Assembly: GCF_009914755.1 (NCBI RefSeq) | Contig: NC_060936.1 | DNA length: 64,000 bases | From: the human T2T-CHM13v2.0 reference genome, Homo sapiens | Direction: 5' to 3' (one strand) | Shown here: positions 53,693-64,000 of the stretch, in pieces | Position numbering within the stretch: position 1 is the first letter of the stretch | How the letters are laid out: each line of letters opens with the position of its first letter | Made by a program: the position numbers and the translations under genes | The notes under the pieces: model-generated | Seen by the model: the letters and a program-made list of their open reading frames with translations, nothing else | Databases searched by the model: none | Told to the model about the DNA's origin: nothing

Positions 53693-54184
53693 TTGTTTAA
53701 GTTTTATGGTCGATTTAAAATGGGCATTGTGCATATATACCACAAAATTTAAATCATTTGTTCTATATTTGTTATCCATCAATCCATCAATGAATGGAAA
53801 AAAAAGTAAATTAAAAAAATAAGAAATAAAATTGGGCAGTTTCCACTGGCTTTACTGTGCTTAAAGAGTGCCATTGGGATATTTATCTCTAGCTACTTTA
53901 ATAAGTTATGCTAATCTAATAGTAGCACAGCTGGGAAGAACCAGTGTCTTTAAAACTCCTAGGATTCTTACTTCAGTATAAGCTATTCAGAAGCTTAGAT
54001 GGCTTAGGTTTAAATTCTGGACTCTCTTTGTAAACTATAAAGCAACAAAATGCTTAGATGAAAAGATCCACTACTTAATTCCTTAATGGCCAATATTTGT
54101 ACAAGACAGACGTTTAGAGAAAAAAAAAAGAGCATCTACAACAGGTACAGAAAGTAGAGTGGTTAAAATCATGGCTTGGGATTC

Positions 54185-55100
<916 letters not shown>

Positions 55101-55275
55101 AAAATAAATAAAATTTAAGAATTATTGAAATTGTTCATGTACTGTCAATAAAAATATCAAGCATGACTCAAAAATCCTGGATTAAATTGGATGTAACAAA
55201 TGTTGTTATTTACTGGTTTTGTTCCAAAGACTCTTTAGGTGCTACAGGCAAACAACACAAAGGCCACTCTGACTA

Positions 55276-57272
<1,997 letters not shown>

Positions 57273-57966
57273 TATTTAGTGCCTTAGATTCTTGTTATCA
57301 AAGTGTGGTCTTGGGTCCAGTGGCATGGCATCAACTGGGAGACTAAGAAATGCAGGACCTCAGTCAGCTCCCATCCCAACTCAACCTCCTGAATCAAAGT
57401 CTGTACTTTAAATGGTATCCCAAAGGATTTGTGTTACTTTGAGAAGCACCTCCCAATACATTCAAAAAGGAATCATTTGATATTACCAGGCTTTCAAGTG
57501 TGAACAAGGATGTAAGCAGTGGTAATGCATACAGCCCTACTTGTGCAAGTATAAACTGCCAAAAGCACTTTGGAAAACAATTTGGCATTATCTACCAAAA
57601 CTGAGAGGCATGTGCCCCACAGTCCAGCATTTCCATCCTTAAATCCCTGCCCTAAAGAAATTCACACTGTACACCGGAAGACACATGAAAGAATGTTCTT
57701 GGTAGCATTATCCATACTAGCAAAAAAAAAAATGGAATTAATCCATGAGAAAGGATAAATTGTGGCATATCTATACAATGGAATATAAGAATAAGGATAT
57801 GACAAACACACATTTCAAGAGTGCTTACATTTGGTGAAGTGATACAAAAGCACCCAGGAGGTTCCAAAGGTATTGGTTATATTTTTTAAGCTTGGTGGTG
57901 GATACCTAGTGTTTATTATTGTTCTTCAAATTGTGCATATACAAGACTGCTTCGATGTGATTAATA

Positions 57967-58400
57967 CTGTGATGGATGTTATTATTACTCCCCGTTATTG
58001 GTCCCCTCCTACAGGAGGATTCTCGTCTCTACCTGTTGCCATGTTATTTGCAAGGACTGTAGGAGAATTCTACTTCCTCATCTCCATTAGCATCAGGTTT
58101 GGCCATGGGACTCTCTTTGGCCATCAGAATAAGAGCAGCAGCAACACTTACAAACAGAAACAATTCAGCTATGTCTCTTTGCTCCCTCTGTCATGAGAAT
58201 GGCATGTCCTAGGCAGTTGCTGCTTCTTCAGACTGGGTCCCAAGACAACGACAGATGGAGAGATACAGCAACCACAGCCACCCCACAGCAATCAACAGGG
58301 TACACATAACAGGAGAAAGAAATAAAGCTTTGTCCCAGAAAGCCACTGAGAGTTTGGAATTGTTTATTATCACAGCATGACCTAACAAAAGCTAACTTAA
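57967..58400. mobile_element. MLT1-like MaLR LTR
   Basis: ttggccatgggactctctttggcca... and aaataaagctttgt...aagccactgagagtttgg motifs. Confidence 0.6.
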
Positions 58401-58835
58401 AAAGTATATGTTTTAAAAAGTAATCTGACCCACAAATTCCTATCCATTTTAGTTTAGGAGAGTCTCTCTGATATACTGAGCACTTAAAGATTGCAGTCTA
58501 TGGACAAGGAGTTTTAAAACACTGGCTTCCAAACATTTGAATCTCAAAAACCAAAATTTCCTCCCAAAATTTTACAAAGTTAAAAACAATCTTTTCCTAA
58601 AAAATAAGTATACATTTTAACACCAAAAATGTAGAAAGGACAAAATCTCAGACTAAAGGGCAGTCCTTTTCACTGAACACATTTAGATTTATGGAAAAGT
58701 TCATTTCATGTTTCCTGTGAGACCTTTGTCATAGTTTACCACTGGTTTATAGAGTCATGTCAGGGAATCATTGACTTAAAGGAAAATAAGACCAGACACT
58801 CCTTATGAATTCAACTTTACTTACAAAAATAAAAA

Positions 58836-59117
58836 AGGGTCTTGTTCTGTCACTCAGGCTAGAGTGCAGTGTTGCAATCATAGCTCACCAAAGCCTCAAA
58901 CTCCTGGACTCAAGTGATCCTTGCACCTTAGCCTCCCGAGTAGCTAGGACTATAGGTGCAGGACACCACACCCAGCTAATTTTTAAATAGTTTGTACAGA
59001 CAGGGTCTTGCTATGTTCCCCAGGCTGGTCTCAAACTCCTGGCCTCAAGTGATCACTTCCTCCTGCCTATGCCTCCCAAAGTGCTGGTATTACAGGCACG
59101 AGCCACCATGCCCAGCC
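58836..59117 (-). mobile_element. AluJ
   Basis: Reverse-complement Alu with J diagnostics; tail degraded. Confidence 0.88.
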
Positions 59118-59625
59118 ATAAAATTGCTTATTTTTAAAAATAAAGAAAACAAAGTATATTGTATGTATGTGGATTTACCAAACCAGAATATTGGAGAAAC
59201 TCTGCCTATCGTACTGAAAGAGGCATTCTGTTCCATTGCAAAAGTTAAATAACAATGCTTAGGAAATCCAGTAGAGCTGAAAGTCAGGAGACACAGGTCA
59301 TTCCTAATTACTAAGGATGGTATTAAATCAGAGTTTAACATTTTGTTTTCTTCCCACAACAATAAAAGAAAAAGTTTTAATGCAATCTATTACCAGTAAT
59401 TATTTCATTTAGTTGAATATCCCAGAACTTGTTGAGCAGATATGTATATTTATATAAACATACTAAGATCCACAGTACTATCAGACACACATACACACAT
59501 ACAGACACACCTAGAAATAGACTTATTTTATGGTTATTATATATTCTTACTTTTGCCACTCTGCAAGGGTACCTTGTTCTTTTAATTTTTTCTTAAAGTA
59601 TACCTCCTCTACGTTTCTGTTTCCT

Positions 59626-59926
<301 letters not shown>

Positions 59927-59966
59927 TTATTATTTTTATTTTTATTTTTTTTAAAAAGGCTCACCT

Positions 59967-60154
59967 GGGGGGGAGGGGGGAGGGATAGCATTAGGAGATA
60001 TACCTACTGTTAAATGACGAGTTAATGGGTGCAGCACACCAACATGGCACATGTATACATATGGAACTAACCTGCACGTTGTGCACATGTACCCTAAAAT
60101 TTAAAGTATAATAAAAAACAAAAAAATAAAAAAATAAAATATAAGCTAAAAAAA
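59967..60154 (+). mobile_element. Very short L1PA4-like 3' end
   Basis: Starts in the G-rich tract; 14-bp TSD AAAAAGGCTCACCT at 59953-59966 and 60155-60168. Confidence 0.92.
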
Positions 60155-60250
60155 AAAAAGGCTCACCTCTAAAATGGAATGAAAGTATCTGAAAGTATCT
60201 CCCTTTTATCTCCTTTTTTTTTTTGGCTAAAATACATAAAGTTAGCTCCT

Positions 60251-60570
60251 GGCCGGGCATGGTAGTTCACACCTATAATCCCAGCACTTTGGAGGGCCAA
60301 GGCAGGTGGATCACCTGAGGTCAGGAGTTTGAGACCAGCCTGGCCAATAGGGTGAAACCCCATCTCTACTAAAAATACAAAAAATTAGCTGGGTGTGGTG
60401 GCAGACGCCTGTAGTCCCACCTACTCAGGAGGCTGAGGCAGGAGAATTACTTGAAAACGGGAGGCAGAGGTTGCAGTGAGCCGAGATCATGGTGATCCCG
60501 ACCTCAGGTGATCCGCCTGCCTCCGAGTGACAGAGCAAGACTCTGCCTCAAAAAAAAAAAAAAAAAAAAA
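60251..60570 (+). mobile_element. AluS with an internal inverted patch
   Basis: TSD aaagttagctcc; right arm is anomalous at 60492-60526. Confidence 0.92.
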
Positions 60571-61361
60571 GTTAGCTCCGAAGAAAAATCTTGACTTTTT
60601 GGCTTAACCTAGAAACTTTCCACTGAAACTGAATTCAAGAACTCACATAGGTTTCATTTAGGGAACAGAGAGTGAAATCAAACTTTCTTAACAAGTTGGG
60701 GAACATGGAAGAGAGGTGAAAGGACAATCAACTGTCATGTCGGTAACACCAAATTGCTATAAAATGGGTATTCCTGAATTATCTGCACAAACACAAAAGC
60801 TTGAGAGCTTGAGACATCACAGACACAATTTTGCTACTGATACCCCAGAGCTAGCTGATTCCATAAAACAATTGCTCATTTCTAGGGTTGCCCACTGACA
60901 GAAAAGAATAATGTCATAACATTTATCAATCCTAAAGTTTCTACATGACTAAACATTTGTAAAGCATTTGTTTAAGCCTACAGAATAATGGATCCATTGA
61001 ATAAATCCTCTATATAATAAATCCTCAATACATCGCAAATAATTTTTCAAATAAAACCAGACCCAGAGCCACGGATTTTGTTCTCAGAATCACAACCCTC
61101 AACTCTCGCCTCCCAAAAAAAGTTAATATAAATTTTTTAAAGGAATTTTTATTTGGAAGAAGGATATATCAAAAGCAAGCCAATGAATCAACTCAAACAC
61201 AATCCAGTTAAACCAACTCTTAACTGAGAAAATGTTGACAGAATAAATATGCTATGTGTCCAAAGAACTAAGTGGATTGCATAAACAGAGTACAGTTCAT
61301 TCTATCAGTTAGATTATATCTAGCTCCTATCAAACCAGGCAACTGAAAAGTGAAAAATATC

Positions 61362-61502
61362 AAATAGCTAATGCATGTGGGGCTTAAAACCTAGATGATG
61401 GGTTGATGGGTGCAGCAAATCACAATGGCACACGTATACCTATGTAACAAACTTGCACATTCTGCACATGTCTCCCAGAACTTAAAGTAAAATTAAATTT
61501 TA
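61362..61502 (+). mobile_element. Short L1PA7/8-like 3' end
   Basis: gctaatgcatgtggggcttaaaacctagatgatggg...; TSD AAAAGTGAAAAATA. Confidence 0.88.
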
Positions 61503-61811
61503 AAAAGTGAAAAATAATTCAGTCATTTAATTTGGAATTATGATTAAACTGACAGCAATGAATAAACAGTTTTTATTCATTCAAACAATTACCAAAAGTA
61601 TTAGTGTTGCTGTTTGAGACAAGTCAACCAGTAGATGGATGGCAAACAAGGTGAATTAGAGAACTCTATTTTGAAGTTGAGAAAGTGCTTTTAAACAACA
61701 AAAAAAAGAGGTATATTTATCCCCCCTACTCTGTCTTAAACATTTCTTACATGTATCTTATTTTTAAAAAACCACCAAACACTTAATGACTCTCTCTTAC
61801 AATTGACATGT

Positions 61812-62108
61812 GGCTGGGCACAGTGACTCACACCTGTAATCCTAGAACTTTGGGAGGCCGAGGCAGGTGGATCGCTTGAGCCAGGGAGTTTGAGACCAGC
61901 CTGAGCAACATGGCAGAAACCCGACTCTACAAAAATACAAAAATTAGCCAGGCATGGTATCTCATGCCTGTATTCTCAGCTACTCTGGAGACTGAGGTGG
62001 GAGGATCACCTGAGCCTGAGAAGTCGAAGCTGTAGTAAGCCATGATCATATCACTGCACTCCAGCCTGGGCCATAGAGTGAGATCTTGTCCAAAAAAAAA
62101 AAAAAAAA
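61812..62108 (+). mobile_element. AluJ
   Basis: Dimeric Alu with poly-A tail. Confidence 0.9.
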
Positions 62109-62875
62109 CCATGTTAAATTCATTAATTTCCTGCAAATGATTTCAGAGAACTTTACCTCCTCATCACTCAGCACCTCCTCCCCTATACAGTCACAGGAAC
62201 GTTTATTTAGAAATTACAGCTATAGAAGGTCTTGCTACTTAAAAATAGTATTTTTGCTTTTCTTCAATAAAAATTGAGCCAGCTTTTTTTACTTTAGCAG
62301 TGAGGAAACTTACAGCTACGTCTGAAACTCAAATTTTATAATTGATTTACTCATCTAATGTTATACTCCTAGTTTTATTTTCTCTGGTACTCTGTAAGTT
62401 GTATTATTTATGTTTTATTCTTACGTACTCTATCTTGTTACACAGAGTCAGCTTATAAAAAATACCTACACAAAATAATGAGTTCCCTGGCACTTATAAA
62501 TCTGAAATAGCTAAATTTAGAAACTAAGTAACTGCAGTTCATTAGCATTTCAAATGAGTAGAAATTGTTATTCAGGATTCATACAAAAGTATACTTCCAT
62601 ACTTTATCCTTAACACATTTTTATACTCTCACAGTTCAATTTTTAAAATGCAAAACCCACTCAAGGACCAAATTAAAATACACACTTGACTTTGTATAAT
62701 TAAACTGAAAGTTAAAAGCTTCCAGAATTTTAAGGTGCAGAAAAGATGCCAATGGGTTAAAGTTTAAAAGGAAAAAAAGCAAAAACCTTCTTTTTAAGAG
62801 AAGAGAAAGGAAGAAAGGGAGCCAATGTATCAATGCTTAGAAGAAAAACAAAATTATCTTTTTAAGAAAACTAAA

Positions 62876-63690
62876 CAATCTGGAATCATCACCGAGAAAG
62901 TTAAAGAAATTCGAGATCAAATACAACGTAGAGCAGAGGAGCTTCAAAACACCAGACCCTGGGGCCTCCTCAGCCAATGGATGCCCTGGAGTCTCCCCTT
63001 CTTAGGACCTCTAGCAGCTATAATATTGCTCCTCCTCTTTCGACCCTGTATCTTTAACCTCCTTGTTAAGTTTGTTTCTTCCAGAATCGAAGCTGTAAAG
63101 CTACAAATGGTTCTTCAAATGGAGCTCCAGATGCAGTCCATGACTAAGATCTACCACGGACCCCTGGACCAGCCTGCTAGCCCATACTCCGATGTTAATG
63201 ACATCGAAGGCACCTCTCCTGAGGAAATCTCAACTGCACAACCCCTATTATGCCCCAATTCAGCAGGAAGCAGTTAGAGCGGTCATCGGCCAACCTCTCT
63301 AACAGTACTTGGGTTTTCCTGCTGAGAGGGGGGACTGAGAGACAGGACTAGCTGGATTTCCTAGGCCAACTAAGAATCCCTAAGCCTAGCTGGGAAGGTG
63401 ACCGCATCCACCTTTAAACACGGGGCTTGCAACTTAGCTCGCACCCAAACAATCAGGTAGTAAAGAGAGCTCACTAAAATGCTAATTAGGCAAAAATAGT
63501 AGGCAAAGAAATAGCCAATCATCTATCGCCTGAGAGCACAGCAGGAGGGACAATGATCGGGATATAAACCCAGGCATTCGAGGCAGCAACGGCTACCCTT
63601 TTTGGGTCCCCTCCCTTTGTATGGGAGCTCTGTTTTCGCTCTATTAAATCTTGCAACTACAAAAAAAAGGGAAAAAAGGAAAAGGAAAAA
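62876..63690 (+). pseudogene. 5'-truncated processed copy of HERV-W (HERV17): env TM 3' end, PPT, LTR17 U3-R, A-rich tail
   Basis: Peptide QSGIITEKVKEIRDQIQRRAEEL...PFLGPLAAIILLLL...PNSAGSS* is a syncytin-1 paralogue. PPT gagagggggg; LTR starts TGAGAGACAGG at 63336; TATAAA at 63563; ATTAAA at 63643. The sequence stops at the end of R and runs into an A-rich tail with no U5. Confidence 0.93.
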
Positions 63691-64000
63691 AATTACTTGC
63701 CATCTGTAAGGTTATCATTTTTATTCTACAATTTTAGACCACGAATATCTCATAATTTTCATGGCTATCACATCTTAAATACTTATTTGGAGGACTCATC
63801 CACAAGGCCTTCTCTTTCCCCTATCCCCAGAGAGAAGTAGCATTCTGCCATGAACTGGTGGCACTGAAGCACATTACCTCCCATTAGATTATGAAATGGG
63901 CAGTGCAGGACAGCCTCCACACCAAGGTCTTCCTCAGGTGGTGGCCTAACATCACCTTCCCTTACTGGGACACCTTCGTAATGGCACCACCCAAGGGATG

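Noticed and set aside
62825-63277. Calling this ERVW-1 (syncytin-1)
   Set aside because: Only the last ~133 codons are present, it keeps LQMV, and it lies in an SLC41A2 intron. It is a paralogous fragment.

Overview
Primate (most likely human) genomic DNA lying wholly inside the minus-strand gene SLC41A2, an MgtE-like Mg2+ transporter. Five coding exons can be read directly, all with canonical AG/GT ends and consistent phases: 48309-47588 (ATG at 48142), 29378-29271, 14962-14891, 8794-8650 and 6056-5910. Together they give 1027 nt of CDS. The promoter/first exon lies to the right of the window and the remaining exons to the left. The rest is intron dense in transposable elements: the 5' ~4.1 kb of an L1PA with an open ORF0-type frame, a twin-primed 5'-inverted L1PA3-like copy, a solo LTR12C, MER4/MER21/THE1 LTRs, a Tigger3 with nested insertions, about 21 Alus, and an L1-retrotransposed HERV-W env/LTR17 fragment. 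I see no convincing new biological system. The most unusual signals are three short (28-53 bp) locally templated copies, a cluster of interlocking palindromes, gene-sense LTRs that could act as alternative SLC41A2 promoters, uORFs at the start codon, and a host-ATG/HERV-W env chimeric ORF. Repeat subfamily names come from recalled consensus sequences, not from a search. Exon numbers assume one upstream non-coding exon.
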